Positions 32,327 to 45,400 of a stretch of 64,000 bases of DNA are shown here, piece by piece; positions within the stretch are counted from its first letter, which is position 1; each line of letters opens with the position of its first letter. The position numbers and the translations under genes were made by a program. The DNA is taken from positions 1,178,001 through 1,242,000 of the forward strand of contig CBFFRQ010000018.1 in assembly GCA_965644315.1 (NCBI GenBank). Direction: 5' to 3'. The notes under the pieces were generated by a model. That model searched no databases. It was not told where the DNA came from and was given only the letters and a program-made list of their open reading frames with translations. Origin of the DNA: Caecitellus pseudoparvulus. Lineage: Eukaryota; Protista; Bigyra: Bicosoecida.

Positions 32327-33991
32327 TCACGGGGGAGTGGGGGGAGCAGCAGCCTCTCGTGTGTCGCTGGCTGCAGCCGGCACGGGGGGGTCTTTCGCAG
32401 CTGCTACGACGCGCTGCATCTCGGTGACGAGGGCTGGGATGACGGCGGCAGGGGACGTGGTCAGGCCGTCGTGCTGCAGCGTGGGCTGGCGCAGCACGTG
32501 GCAGTTGCCGATGGCGGCGGCGGTGGCCAGGCTCAGCTGCAGGGGGACGAATGCATCCTGCTCGTACACCATGGCCACAGTGGGCACAGTGTTGCGAGCC
32601 AGGGCGGCGCTGTCGTACAGAGCCGGCCACTGCTTGCGTGCCGCCAGGGCGGCTGCAATGGGGCCCAGCGGCGCCATGTCCGGGCAGTCCTCCGCCAGCC
32701 ACGGGAAGGCCATCTCGCCGTACCAGCCCCAGGGCACCTCACCGTGGGCAGAGGCTGCCTCCTCCGCCTGCTGCACGACGGCCTGGGCCGCCCAGGGTGT
32801 GCTGGGCCCCTGGGCGTAGATGGCCTCGTGCAGCAGCCAGTACAGCGGCGACCTGCCGAAGCCGTTGAAGTCCCGGATGGCCTGGGCGAAGGCGAGGTTG
32901 CTGCGCAGGCTCACTTGCTCCAGGCTGGCGTCGCCTGAGCAGACCGGCTCCGCGGGCGCCTGGGGCGCCATGGTGCCCAGCAGGGACTGGGGCGGCGTCG
33001 CGGCGACGAAGGCCTTCTCCAGCAGGGCGTGCAGCATCTCAGGGCCCTTGGTGAGGCCCAGCGCCAGGCCGCAGGAGGCCAGCAGGCGCATGGTGAAGCG
33101 CGAGCCGTCTGGCAAGGCGATGTACCGGCTGTCCGAGAGGGGCGTGGCTCCCGCCACCCCGCCGTCTGGGCGCGCCTGCACAGCTGCCTGCAGGGCGTGG
33201 ATGCGGGCGGCGTCGGCCTTGTACGCGGTGAAGTACGCCTTGGTCCGCTGGCGGATGTTGGTGTAGGTGTGCTGGTACACCTCCTGCGCTGCGGTGGCGC
33301 TGGCTGGCAGCGCTGGCAAGCCGCCTGTGATGTAGGCGCCGGCAACGGGTGGCGCCGGGAGGTCCGTTTGGGCGGCGACCCAGGACAGGTACCGCACGAC
33401 GCAGAAGCCGCCGAAGGACTGCCCCATGATGTGCCAGGAGGAGGCGGGGCCCAGGAGCTTGCACCGCACGGCTTCTGCGTCCAGGACGATGGAGTCGGCA
33501 CGGAAGCAGGCGAGGACGGAGGCCACGACGTCAGCGCCCCAGGCCTTGGCCCAGGAGGCCATGGTGGAGATGTGAAGGGGCGAGCTGCGCCCCGTGCCGC
33601 GCTGGTCCATGAGGATGATGTTGAAGTGTTCCAGCATCAGCTTCATCCAGGGCGTCTGGCCACGGGGACAGGCGCAGCCGGGTCCGCCTGTGCGCGGAAA
33701 TTGACGCACGCCTTGTGCAGTTTGGGTGTCGGCGCTGTGGCGTGCACGGGCAAGCGACGCACCTTGAAAGAACATGAGCCAAGGCTTGGGAATCGTCTGC
33801 TTTGCGTTCCAGAACATGCGGCAGAAGATGGACAGCTTGCTGGACGCCAGCGAGCCGGGCAGCGTGTACTGCAGCGTTGGGTGCAGAAGTGGCACCTGCA
33901 CAACCAAGTCTTCGGACGCGACGCCGTTGCTCCACAGCACCTTGTTCGCGTGGCTGGGGGGCGAGGGCCCCCCCGTGGCGGCACTTGCCAT
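32327..33991 (-). CDS. Proline iminopeptidase (alpha/beta hydrolase, S33)
   Basis: FQG|GPG restored by removing the 75-bp intron 33762..33688. Motifs DQRGTGRSSP, FRADSIVLDAE, GQSFGG (catalytic Ser), ITGGLP, YEQDAFV, HDGL. Confidence 0.88.
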   Translation of the reverse strand: MASAATGGPSPPSHANKVLWSNGVASEDLVVQVPLLHPTLQYTLPGSLASSKLSIFCRMFWNAKQTIPKPWLMFFQGASLARARHSADTQTAQGVRQFPRTGGPGCACPRGQTPWMKLMLEHFNIILMDQRGTGRSSPLHISTMASWAKAWGADVVASVLACFRADSIVLDAEAVRCKLLGPASSWHIMGQSFGGFCVVRYLSWVAAQTDLPAPPVAGAYITGGLPALPASATAAQEVYQHTYTNIRQRTKAYFTAYKADAARIHALQAAVQARPDGGVAGATPLSDSRYIALPDGSRFTMRLLASCGLALGLTKGPEMLHALLEKAFVAATPPQSLLGTMAPQAPAEPVCSGDASLEQVSLRSNLAFAQAIRDFNGFGRSPLYWLLHEAIYAQGPSTPWAAQAVVQQAEEAASAHGEVPWGWYGEMAFPWLAEDCPDMAPLGPIAAALAARKQWPALYDSAALARNTVPTVAMVYEQDAFVPLQLSLATAAAIGNCHVLRQPTLQHDGLTTSPAAVIPALVTEMQRVVAAAKDPPVPAAASDTREAAAPPTPP

Positions 33992-34250
33992 GCCTGCTCG
34001 CCTGTGCAGTGCTGGGCTGTTCCTGCTCACGTGGCAAGGGCAGGCGTGAGTCTCGCGGAATTTGTGCTGTGCGGAGGCTTTGAGCAGCCCCCCCGGCTGC
34101 CTGGCCGGCACACCCGCCACTCGCCGGCCGCCCGCCAAAACAAACACTGCACACCCACCCACCCGTGCAGGACGTGCCCCCTACCTGCAGCTGCCACACC
34201 AGGCATCGCTGCAGCCACCGCCGCCGGGCTTGCAAGCTGCACCAAGCACC

Positions 34251-37200
34251 ATGCAAGCCGCGGCGCTGCGAGGAGCACGCTCGGCACCGGCAGCCCGGAG
34301 CCGGGCGGCGCTGGCCAGTGCCACAGCTCCCGGGGCGTCCACTGCCCCTGCCCAGCAGACTGGCAGTGTGCCGTCCCGGTCCTCCACCAACTGGACGGCC
34401 GTCGCCAACAAGCCGTCAGGGCAAGGGCACAACCACTGGGGGTATCGGAAAGCCACTGAGCACGGCGTGGCCTTCCCTCAGCCACCACGCACGTGGGTGC
34501 CGCCAGGCGCCACGGCCCAGGTGCTGGCGGCCGACGCAAGTCTCGCCACGCAGCATCGTTTTGGCGCCCGCGTGCTGGAGTTCAACAACGCCGACAGCCT
34601 GAACGAGCTGGACGAGGGCTTTGTCAAGGCACTGCAGGCCCGGCTGGAGAGCGTGCGTGGCCGCGGAGGCGCCCAGCGCGCTCGTGCCACGCCCTGCACT
34701 TCTTTTGCTCTGCCCTGGGCACTCTGCAGTATAGGGACAATGACGCAGTGGAGGTCATCGTGCTGAAGAGCGCCGCTGGCTCGGTGCGTGACGCCCTGCT
34801 GACATGCGGGATTACGCATGGCATGCCAAGCGCTGATCCCTGAACACACGCCTGCTCTGCCGCTTGCACCTCCGCAGGTGTTCTCGTCTGGCCTGGACTA
34901 CAAGCACATCCACAGCCTGTTCAAGTCCGGGGACGAGGGCAAGGAAAAGGTGAGGCGGTGTGCACTGGCAGCGCGGAGTCGGCGATGATGGTGCGGTATT
35001 TGCAGACACAGCACCCTGCCGCGCTCCCTGGCCCCCCCCCCGCAGGTGGCTGCCTTCATGCAGGCCATGTACGAGCTGGTGCACACCATCAACACCTTTG
35101 ACAAGCCCGTCATCGTCGCTGCGAATGGCGTGGCCATGGGCGCCGGCGCGTCCCTGGCCGTCGCCAGCAAGCATTCCTACGCTTCGGACAGCACTGCCCT
35201 GGCCTTCCCCGAGACAGGGCTGGGGCTGGTGCCCAGCGGGGGCGCCTCCTACGCCCTGAGCCGCATGCCCAACGGCGCCGGCATGTACCTGGCCCTGACG
35301 GGGGGGCATCTGTCCGGCCCCGCTGCGTACTGGGCCGGTGCGCTGACGCACCTCACCTCAGACTCGGTGTTGGCGGGGGACGTCGCCCACGACGTCGGGC
35401 ATGTCTTCGCGGAGCCCCTCAAGCACGCCCGCATGGAGGAGGACGCCCGGTACCTGCGCGTGCAGCGGGAGGTGCGTGAGGACTTCGACCGCCTCAAGGC
35501 CAGCCTCATCACCACCCGCCGCCCGGAGGACGCCAACGAGGACGACCTGGAGCGCTTCTACGAGCTGAACGTCTGGTACCGCCTGCACGCCAGCGGCAAC
35601 AAGCGCATGGCAGACGCCTTCCTCAAGGAGGGCTTCGAAGCCATCGGCCTGCCCGACAACGACGTCTCCCGTGGGCGCTTCCTGGACTTCGGCTCGCCGC
35701 CCTCGGTGCTCGGCCGCGACACGCCCGCCGCATCCCACCATCTGGAGGACGCAGCGCGCCGGGACCTGGCTGTGGCAGCCCTCGGCGCCAAGGCTTCCGC
35801 CACCCTCACTGCCGAGAGCGCGCCGTCCGCGGAGACGGTGGCGCAGCTGGCCGCCGTCAAGCGTGTCTTCGGCGCCGGCGCAGGGGACCCCCTGTACGCG
35901 TCTGCGGAGGGGACGCAGGAGGGCGCAGAGCGCAGTCGCCTGGACATCCTCGCCTCCATCGCCGACGCGCGCCTGCCGGGCGACTGGGAGGCGGCCCTGC
36001 CCTCCTCCCTGGACACGCTCGTGACGGACGAGCTGGCGGAGGTGGGGTCCAACCCTGGCGCTGTGGGGGCGGAGCCCGCCGCCCTGGCCCGCGCGGTGCG
36101 TGACGGCGTGCCGCTGGCGTGGCCCCTGGGCATGCTGCCCGCCCCCGTGCTGGATGCGCTGGCACGCAGCAGCGGCGCAGGGGACACCGCCGCTGCCCAC
36201 ACCGCCATCGCTCGAGCCGTCGCGCGCGCCACGGCAGCGACTCACGGCATCCCCGTGGACCCGCTGCTGCTGCCTGCGTACGAGGCGGGGCCAGCGGGGC
36301 TGGCGGACTGGCGTGGGCAGGAGACTGTGGAGGGCACCATCCCCGGCCTCACCCTGCCGCAGCAGCTGACGCAAGACATGGATGACATCCCGGACCGGGC
36401 CTGGGAGCTGGGCACGCCGGCGTCCCCGTCGTACCACCACCCCCTGGAGGTGGACGTGGCTGGCCTGCGGGGCGTGACGGCGGATGTGGGCGACGCCGCC
36501 ACCGCCCCTGCCTGGTGGCCGGCTGCAGCGGTGGCCCCCGTGGCCAAGCCCGCCTCAGCCCGCATGGGGCTGGACTTCGCGTCGGATGGGCCCATCGCCG
36601 ACCCCGACCGCTCCGCCGCCTGGCGTGTGTGGCTGCGCAAGCGCGTCGCCGCCAACAAGCGCAGCAAGGCGCCACACATCTCCTTCTCCGCCGCCTTCCA
36701 CGCCGAGGACGCAGCGGCAGCGGAGGTGACCGGCGAGGACGCGGCAGCCACCCTGGACGCCGCCACCGTCATGGCCACCCCGGCCGGGGGGCGCCAGTGG
36801 GCGGCCGACTTTGCCCCCCCCGGCGCTGAGGGCGAAGTGCAGGCCGCCGAGGCGCCAGCGCCCCGGCAAGCACTGCCCTCCATGGCAGCCCTGGTGGGCT
36901 CCGACGCCACGCCGGCGCGGGAGGCGGCGGACGTCCACGTCACGCCCCTCGCGGCCAATGCCCTGCTGCCCGACGAGGCAGGGGCCATGGCCGGGCAGCT
37001 GCGCCTGGAGGAGGCGGAGGACGGCTCCGTGCGCCTCGTGGCGCCATCCGAGACGGGCGGCGGCGGGAACGTGTACCGCCGCGTGGACGGCGCGTGGCAG
37101 CGGGTGGGGGACCTGGAGGGCACCCTGGACGCCATCCTGCTCAAGTGGCAGGCCCACGCGCGGCCCTTCGCAGACACCACCATCCTGGGCGGCAAGCGCG

Positions 37201-40200
37201 AGGCTGCCCTGCGCCAGTTCGGCAAGGCAGAGGTGGCGTACCTGGGGGCACAGCTGGCAGCGGGGGCGGCGCCAGACGCCATCCCTGTGCAGCATGCGCC
37301 CCTGGTGGCACCTGCCCTGTCCCCTGCCGAGGAGGGCGCCCTGGACGCCCTGCTGCAGTCTGTGAAGGAGGCGGGGGACCTGGCCACCCTCGTGGACTAC
37401 GGTGTGACGGGGGCGGCCCTGGATGTGGCCAAGGCCGCCAACCCCGACCTCGCCAGCGGCTCCGCAGACGCCCTGCAGGCGTGGGTGGCGGGCATCCGCT
37501 CGGCACCCACCAGCACGCTGGAGGCGAATGCCTGGGCAGCCTTGGCACACCGTGCCATGCATGTGGCAGCAGAGGGGTCGCCCCTGCCCAAGGCATCCCC
37601 TACCGACCCGGCAGGGGATGCCAAGGCTGCGGCCGCGCTGGCCTCCACACCCTCTGCGGGTGATGGGGGGGACGCAGCGGCTGCGCTGGCGGCTGCCACG
37701 CCGGCAGGCGCCCCCACCTCCATCAACACCGCGGCCTTGACGTCGCCATACTACGCCCACGACAGCACCAGCGGCGAGGAGCTGGGGGACATGGCGCCCT
37801 CTGCCAACGCCCTTGCCGCTGCCGTGCTGGACGAGGTGGTGCAGGAGGTGCGGGGGGGCGCTTCCCGCCTGCCGGCACCCACGGCGCCTGGCGCAGACGC
37901 CGACGTCACCGTGCCGTCCCTGGCGGCCAACGCCGCTGCGCTGTCGGCGTACCGCTCCGCCAACGCGGCGCTGGCGGGGCAGGAGCTGGCGCCAGACATG
38001 GCCGCCTCCATCGACCTGGCAGCGTACGGCGGGCGCGGGCCCAGCGAGGTGTCGGACCCCACGCCGGCCCTCTTTGACTCGGCGGCAGGCCAGCACACGG
38101 CCGTGGGGCAGTACACTCGCACAGTCATGGCTCGTGCCGCGGCCCTGTTCGAGGGCGGCGGCGACGCCATGACTGCCGCTGCGGCGACGCCCTTGCCGGG
38201 GGACCTCGCCGCGGGCCTGCGCAAGCTGGCTGCCGGGAAGATGGAGGCGCCCCGCCCCGCGCCATCCCTGGCCCAGGGCGGCACGCCCCTGGCGCCCACG
38301 CCCTGGCGTGCCGACGCCCCTGCAGCCGCCCTGGCCGAGGGCCTGCAACCCTTCGCAGCGCTGTGGCTGCTGCAGGCGCTGGACGCCGGCACGCTGGGGC
38401 TGAACCTGGCTGCGCTGGGCGCTGAGCCGCTGGCCAAGGCCGGCACGCCGCTGGGCGACGCGCTGGCGGCGCCGGCTGCCGTGACCCAGGCAGCCCTGGC
38501 CGCCGGCGACGCTCTGGCCACCGCCAACTCCCCCTCGGACTGGCCCCGCGACACGGCAGCCGCTGGCATGCGCCAAGTTGAGGGCTTGCCCCTGCCCGCA
38601 GGCAGCACACCCGCCAGCGTCTCAGCTGGCTTCGCCCAGGGCGCGGCGGGGGAGGGTGAGGAGGCGGTCCCCGCCGCTGTGACGGAGGACTACGCCTACG
38701 CGCGCCTGCCTGGCCGCCTGTCCTCCATCGCCACGCCGGAGGACGCCCGGGCCTACTACCTCGCCGCCGCCGAGGTGGCAGCTGCCAGCGGCGACGTGGA
38801 GACGGCTGCCGCCGCCGCCGCGACGGTGGGCGGCGGGGCAGGGCAGGGAGCCGGCCACCTGCCCGCCGGCCCCGACGCCGACGCTGCACGTGAGTTCGCA
38901 GCGGCTGCTGCCCAGCAGGCCGCCGCCGCCGCCGCCGTGCCGGAGTTCCTGGCTCGGGAGCTGCTGACGTCGTCAGGTGCCGCGGCGCCGTCGTCCCCCC
39001 TGCTGAGCCGGCTGGCCCAGGCGGCAGGTGTGGCGCACCCGACAGGCGAGCCCGTCCCCACCAGCGCCGAGGAGGTGGCCGCCCTGGCCCACGTCATGGC
39101 CAGCATGGCGGGGGACGCGGCGTCCCTGGCCGAGGCGGCGGGGCCGCTGGGCCTGGCCGCGCCCGGTGCCCGCCCCGGTGAGGTGCTCAACAGCCTGGCT
39201 GCCCTGGCACGGGACATCCAGGACACGCGCATCGTGGCTGTGGCGGCGGCGCGGGGTGGCGCCGTGCCACCTGCCCTGGCGGGGCGGCAGCCGCCCACCC
39301 CGCTGCAGTACGCCGAGGCGCTGGGCCTGACAGACCTCATCGCGACACGCTTCTCCCTGACGGATGCGGCGGGGAACCAGCGCCTGGTGCCGCTCATCTC
39401 AGAGTCCACGGCGTGGGCGCCCACTGTGGAGCAGGCCTTCGGCGCGGGGCCCACGGGGCTGGACGCAGGCAGCCACACCAACCACGGCCCCCACGACGTG
39501 CAGGCGGCCACGCCTGGCGTCGCGGACGAGGTCTTCACGGGGCACTTCGCGGGCATGGACGGCGCGGTGTGGGAGGATGTGCGGGACATCCACGCGGCGC
39601 CCGACGACATGGCCGCGGGCCTGGTGCAGGGCAGCACCTCGGGCACCCTCACCGACGCACACCAGATGCTGGACGAGGGGGAGGCGGCCGAGGCACTGGC
39701 CCGCGCCACCCTGCTGCCTGAGTCCGCCGACCCGGACATGGAGGAGGTGGTGGAGCACCTGGCCGCTGCGGCGGTGCCCAGTGCCAAGGGCGTCACGCCG
39801 GCGGCGGCAGCTGCCAACCTCGGCGCGGCCTGGGGCAACCCTGCCGTGGCCAAGGCCCGGTACGAGGCTGAGCTGGCCGCGGAAGCAGACCGAGTCAGTC
39901 GCCGGGCGGGTCTCAGCGCAGCTGCGAGCGCGCCCTCGCCTGCCGCTGCCAGCGAGGAGGAGGCGGGTGTGTCCCTGGGGGAGGTGGAGGCGCAGGTGGG
40001 CGCCGAGGCGCTGCCGTACCTCGCCGACAGCCCCGGCCGGGCCTCGGCGCAGGGGGCCGTGACCGCCCAGCACGCCTTCATGGGCAGCGTCAGCCGAGAC
40101 GCCGCCTTGACACGGGCGGCGCACCAGCGCATGCAGGGCGGCGGCGCCGTGGCAGGCATGGATGTGGCAGACCTGGACGATGGCGGCGTGCAGGGTGGTC

Positions 40201-42242
40201 CCACCAGCGGCGCACCCAGTGCCCTGGGCCCCGCTGCCGACGCCCTGGCAGCTGCCCAGGACGCGCCGGCCTCCTCCTGGGATGCCGCCTACGGCCTGTT
40301 TGGCGAGGCCAGCCAGGATGCCTCTGCTGAGGCGGTGCTGGCCGGCGCCGCCAAGCGCTACACGCTGTCCACTGGCAACGCCAACGTGCTGATGGATGTG
40401 CTGCTGGAGAGCGCCGGCATCCAGCGTGGCCAGGCCGGCACGTCTCTGGCAGGGCGCTTCGGCACAGACGCCGCAGACGCCGCCGACGCGGGCCTGGCAG
40501 GGAGCGTGGAGGACGAGGCGCTGGCGCAGGTGACCCACGACCCTGAGTACCTGCTCAAGGCGCTGGGCTTGCCCCGCACGCCGATGACGCTGGACACGGC
40601 TGGCGCGGCCACCCAGCACTTTGCAGCAGCGGACGCGGCCCGCTTCGCCGTCATGCACCCCCGCTCAGTGAGCACCATCGTGGCTCGCCTCGAGGCGGAC
40701 GGCTCCGCGTGGGCACAGGCCACGCTGCAGCGCCTGCGGGCGTGCAGCCCGACGGCAGTGGTGCTGACCCACCACCTGCTGGTGCAGGCGGCGCGGGTGG
40801 ACTTCAACACGGCGGCGGCCATGGAGGCCCGTGCCGCCGCGTACATGCTGGGGCACCCAGACTCAGAGGCGGGCCTGGCTGCCGCAGCGAGCGGGGCGGC
40901 GCCCACCTGGACGCCGGCCACCATTGAGGAGGTGGACGAGGCAGCCCTGGCGGCTGTGCTGCTGCCAGGCTCCAGCGCCGTGGAGCTCAAGCCCCGCCCG
41001 GCAGGGGATGCGCCACTGCAGGCGCTGCGGTCGGCGGCAGTGGACAAGTGGCTGGGGCAGTGGACGGAGCACCTGGAGTCAGGCTTCGGGGCGTCCCAGC
41101 TGGGGCACCTCTTCGCTGGCCGGTTCAAGTGGAACTACGAGCTGGGGGAGCACACGGACTACGCGCCCACGCCGCCCGTGCTGCCCAAGGAACTCGCCTT
41201 CGAGACGCCGGAGGAGGCGGCCCACGCTCGCCAGGACCTGCACGAGTACGACGTGAAGGGCGTGTCAGCCCGGGAGTTCGAGGAGGGCCCCGTGGACCGC
41301 TCACGGCGGTGGCGAGAGGACCGTGCCCCCGCTGCTGGCGCGTCTGCAGGTGCCGACAGCGCCGCCCCAGTGGCCACGCCCTTCAACATCCGCGTCAGCA
41401 CGTCGGGGCTGCCGGAGCAGGACTCCCTTGCCGTGCCGCAGCCCGCGCCCGCCGTGCCCGCCTTCAACGGCAAGACGCTGCCTGAGATCGTGCAGGCAGT
41501 GCTGGCTGCGGCCGACCCCGCGGCAGCAGCCCAGGCGGCGCTCAAGTTCGTTGCCGAGGCGTCACCTGCTGTGGCCCCCACTGGCGCCGTGCCCACTGCC
41601 GGCACGGGGGAGTTGGTGGTGCACGCCGCTTCAGACGCCCTGACGTACAAGGTGTCGGAGGCGGCGGGGCAGATGGCAGGCACGGCGGGGTGGGCCCCGC
41701 CCTACACTGCCCGCCTGGACGCGCTGTACGTGCCAGGGCAGGGCGGCGAGCCCCTCACCGATGCCGCCCGCGCCGCGGCTGCCGTGGCTGGCAAGCAGGA
41801 CGGCGGCGAGGAGGCGTCCCCTGACGCGCTGCTGCAGGAGGCGACGGCCCTGCTACAGGCCCTGGCAGCGGGGGAGGAGGGCGCCGGGGCCGGGGCTGAG
41901 GGCGTGCCCACGCCAGAGGACCTCGTGGCGGGCGCCCCCTCTGCGCCCGGCATCATGACCCGCGAGACGCTCGCCATGCACGCTGACCTGCACGCTGCTG
42001 CCGTGGCAGCGGGCGTGGCCCCGGAGGACTTGTCGCAGTATGACACGTGGATGGAGGGCAAGCAGCGACGCCTGGCGGGCATCCTGGCCAAGGACGCCAA
42101 GGGCCTGGCCCTGAGCCGGGCGGAAGCAGAGGAGCTGCTGAAGGCAGACACCTTCGGGCTGGTGGCTCTGGACATGCCTCGCAAGGCGGCCGCTGGCGCC
42201 AGCGTCGGCAAGGCTGCCCCCGCCGAGCAGAACGACAGGTAA
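34251..42242 (+). CDS. Giant HIBCH/mS47-like (ECH_2 crotonase) protein with mitochondrial-type presequence and a very large insertion
   Basis: Presequence MQAAALRGARSAPAARSRAALASA; three short introns before 35046. N-half: RVLEFNNADSLNEL, KPVIVAANGVAMGAG, AFPETGLGLVPSGGASYALSRM, GMYLALTG. C-terminal part at ~40665-40935: WAQATLQRLRACSPTAVVLT...PTWTPATIEEV. Confidence 0.8.
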
Positions 42243-42427
42243 TGCACAATGCAAGTGCGACCGCTGCACGTGTGTGTGGCTGCACCGTCTTGGCAGATGG
42301 TGCAGTGCTTGCCGCGCAATTAGGTATTGACCGCAGACACCTGCGTGCGTGAGGGCGGAGAGTGAGCGCCGTTGTGCCGCAGGCACGACTTGCCCCGCGC
42401 CGGCGCAGTGCGGCACACGCAGGCGCC

Positions 42428-45400
42428 ATGGCCACCCATGTCGTGGAGCGCCGGCAAAGCCCGGACCCAGCGCGGTCCCCCTCCCCGTCACGTGACGCCC
42501 ACCGAGCACTGTTGGCGGCGGCGGAGCGCGCGGCAGCCGAAGCGCCAGCGGGCTCCGCAAACGCCAACGGGCAACTAACAGTGACTGTGGACCAGCAGCG
42601 AGGGCATGGTGGTGATGCTGGTGCGCTGTATGATGAGGCAGGAGGGCCGGTGTACTTCAGCAAGGGGCTGCAGTATGTGCCAGGTGCGTGGGCAGTGTCG
42701 CCGCGACCCGCGAAACGACGCCGACCAGCACAGGCACCTGCCGCACGTGTCCGCGCCGCTCTGCCACCGCAGTTGAGACACGGCTCATGGGGCGCCCACA
42801 CATTCATGATTCCGCCAGTGGTGCTTCCTTGGACAGCCGCATGAGTGCAGATGTCCGCGCCGGCACCACCACTGCAGATTACCTGTACCCCCCCTCTGCC
42901 ACAATGTCCCGCGACGCCGCCACGGGCAAGTGGAAGTCGCAGACGGCAGGGCCGCACGCAAAAGCCTTTGACGTGCACGTCCTGCAGCCATGGGGGGGCA
43001 AGGGCTTCTTTCGGGGGCGGCGGTCGGGCGAAGGCGCCGACGCGGGCGTTGGGCGCGAAGCGGACGTCGTGCTGGGCGCCTGGTCCTGCTGCCGGTCCAT
43101 CCACCCCGATGCACGCGGGTGCACGTCGGCGCCCAGCCACAGCTGCACCACGCTGAAGTGTGCCCAGTGTGGCGTGCGGTACGGCGTCATGGAGAACCTG
43201 CGCGCCATGGCGGGGCAGACGCCCAACTGCAAGCACCACGCGGCTGAGCCGGCGAACGTGGACGCCTTCGGGGAGCCCGTGTGGCCCTGCTGCGGCGCGG
43301 TGGGCCTGTCCAACTCCAAGTACCATAGCCACTCCGGCGGCAAGGCGTCGGAGTACGTGGACCACGGCGCCGCACGCTTCGTCCCGTGGGGCTGCCGCAG
43401 CGGCTTCCACCGCCCCGCGGTGACACCCCTCGTGGACCCCGCCACGGCCGCTGCGGCGACGCCCACTGTCGCCCTGCAGGACGCCGTGTGGACGCTGCAG
43501 GTGCTGCAGCCTGGGCAGCTGACGCCGGGCGCGTTTGACTCGGGTCTGGACAAGCTGCCGGGGTTCGTGACACGGGCCCTGGCCAAACACGACCCAGCCA
43601 GGGACGGCAACCTGACTGCGGAGCACCCGTCTCTCATGCTGCTGAATCCCTGGGAACGCATGGTGCGGGTGGACGGCGTGCCCGCCAAGGTGGGTCGCAG
43701 GGAACTGCTGGATGCCCTGAGCACCGCCAGTGCCGGCAGCGGGAACGGTGGCATCCTGGCTGCGTGGCCCTGTGTCCATGACGACATGAGTCGGCACGTC
43801 GCGAGTGGGGCCGTGGATGCGGCGGTGCTGGAGGGCCGGGATGCTGCTTGCGATGCCGTGTACGCTGCCTTCCCGCAGGCTCGCCGTGCCTCCCACGCAG
43901 CACACGGCGGCAGTGGCTGGCATCCCGACGTCCCCGACACCCCCGTGCACCCCCTGTACGTGGACGCCACCTGGTTCGTGGAGTGCGCGACGCCTAGTGC
44001 CGCCCAAGCCCTGGTGGAGGCCCTGAAGGAGGGCCTGGCCGTCGGCCACGGCACGTGCACTGCAACCCTGGACCCGACGCAGACGCTAGTCCTGGCGCTG
44101 AGCAGCCAAGGGCAGGGCGTGTGGGTGGACACCTTGCTGCCCTCCAAGGCCGTGGCCGCCTCGGCAGGTGCCGCTGGGGCACTGATGGGGGACCTGGTGT
44201 TGAAGCTGGCGGCGCGCCTGGCGCCCGTGTCCCTGCAGCGCCCCCCCCTGTCCCCCACTGCCCCGCCCGCCGCCTACGCCTCCTCTGCGGATCGTCAGGC
44301 TGTGCTGGACCAGGCGGCAGAGCTCATGCGCGCCAGCGCGTCACTGGCAGCGGGAGGGGTCGTCACGGCAGGGCGCCCCCTGGCAGCCGGGCGGGGCGTG
44401 CCGGGCCACTGTGCCCAGTGCAGCGGCCGCGAGAGTGTCACGACGCGCGTGCAGACGTCCAAGGGCGTGCAGGTGGCGCTGAAGAGCGAGGGGTGCAGGT
44501 ACCACCCCGGGTTCTGGTGCCCTGCCCTGCGAGTGCGCCAGGTGCTCATGCACCGCCCTCAGGCCATCGTGGCGGGGGCGGGCGGGCGCAAGCCTGTCAT
44601 CCGGGCTCGCAGTAGCCGGCTGAAGGGGTACATCCACGCCCCTCCAGCTGGCCGTCGTGTGCGCAAGGGCCACGCAAGTCCGCCCACACACAGAGGCAGG
44701 GTGCCCGCCCAGCGCCCGCCTAGGGAACGGGAGGATGCAGTGCTCCCATCACGCACAGCGCCGCCCACACACCCCAGCCGGCCCAAAGCGAGTGCCAAGC
44801 CCATCCCCAGCCACGGCCACGCTCCACCCTCTCCACAGGCGCCGGCAGAGGCACCCAGGACACGGGCGGACCGTGCTCCGTCCCCCAGCCCAGTCACCCC
44901 TGGGAGCTCTCCCAGGAAACCAGAGCCAGGGGGGGGCGCCCAAGGCTCCAAACCAGACAAGCGCACCGCCTCGCAGCGGAGAGTGGGCCGCCCCGCCATC
45001 AAGTACACTCTGGGCGGGCCGCCACAGACGCCGCCGCCCCGGGCCACCACCCCGCCTCCACCTGCCTCCCAGCCAGTGTGGTACTCCTCAGTGGCCGACG
45101 CAGTGGGCGTGCCCGCCCTCCGCAGCGCCATGCCCAGTCTGCAGACGGAGGTGCTGTTCCAGGGGTACGTCATCCCGGAACACGACGACGCGCCCCTGCC
45201 GGTGCCGCCGCCCTTTGACGTGCCCATCCCAGTGTACCCACCCTCCCCCGTGCCGACGCCGTGGCGGTGGCTGCATGACACCATCACAGCAGACGCCGTG
45301 CGGCCGCCACCACCCCTCCTCCTGCTGCCGGCACACACCACTCGCAAGGCGCTGGCAGGCGCCCAGACCCGCGCCCCCGCCAGCGCCCTGACCACCTGCC

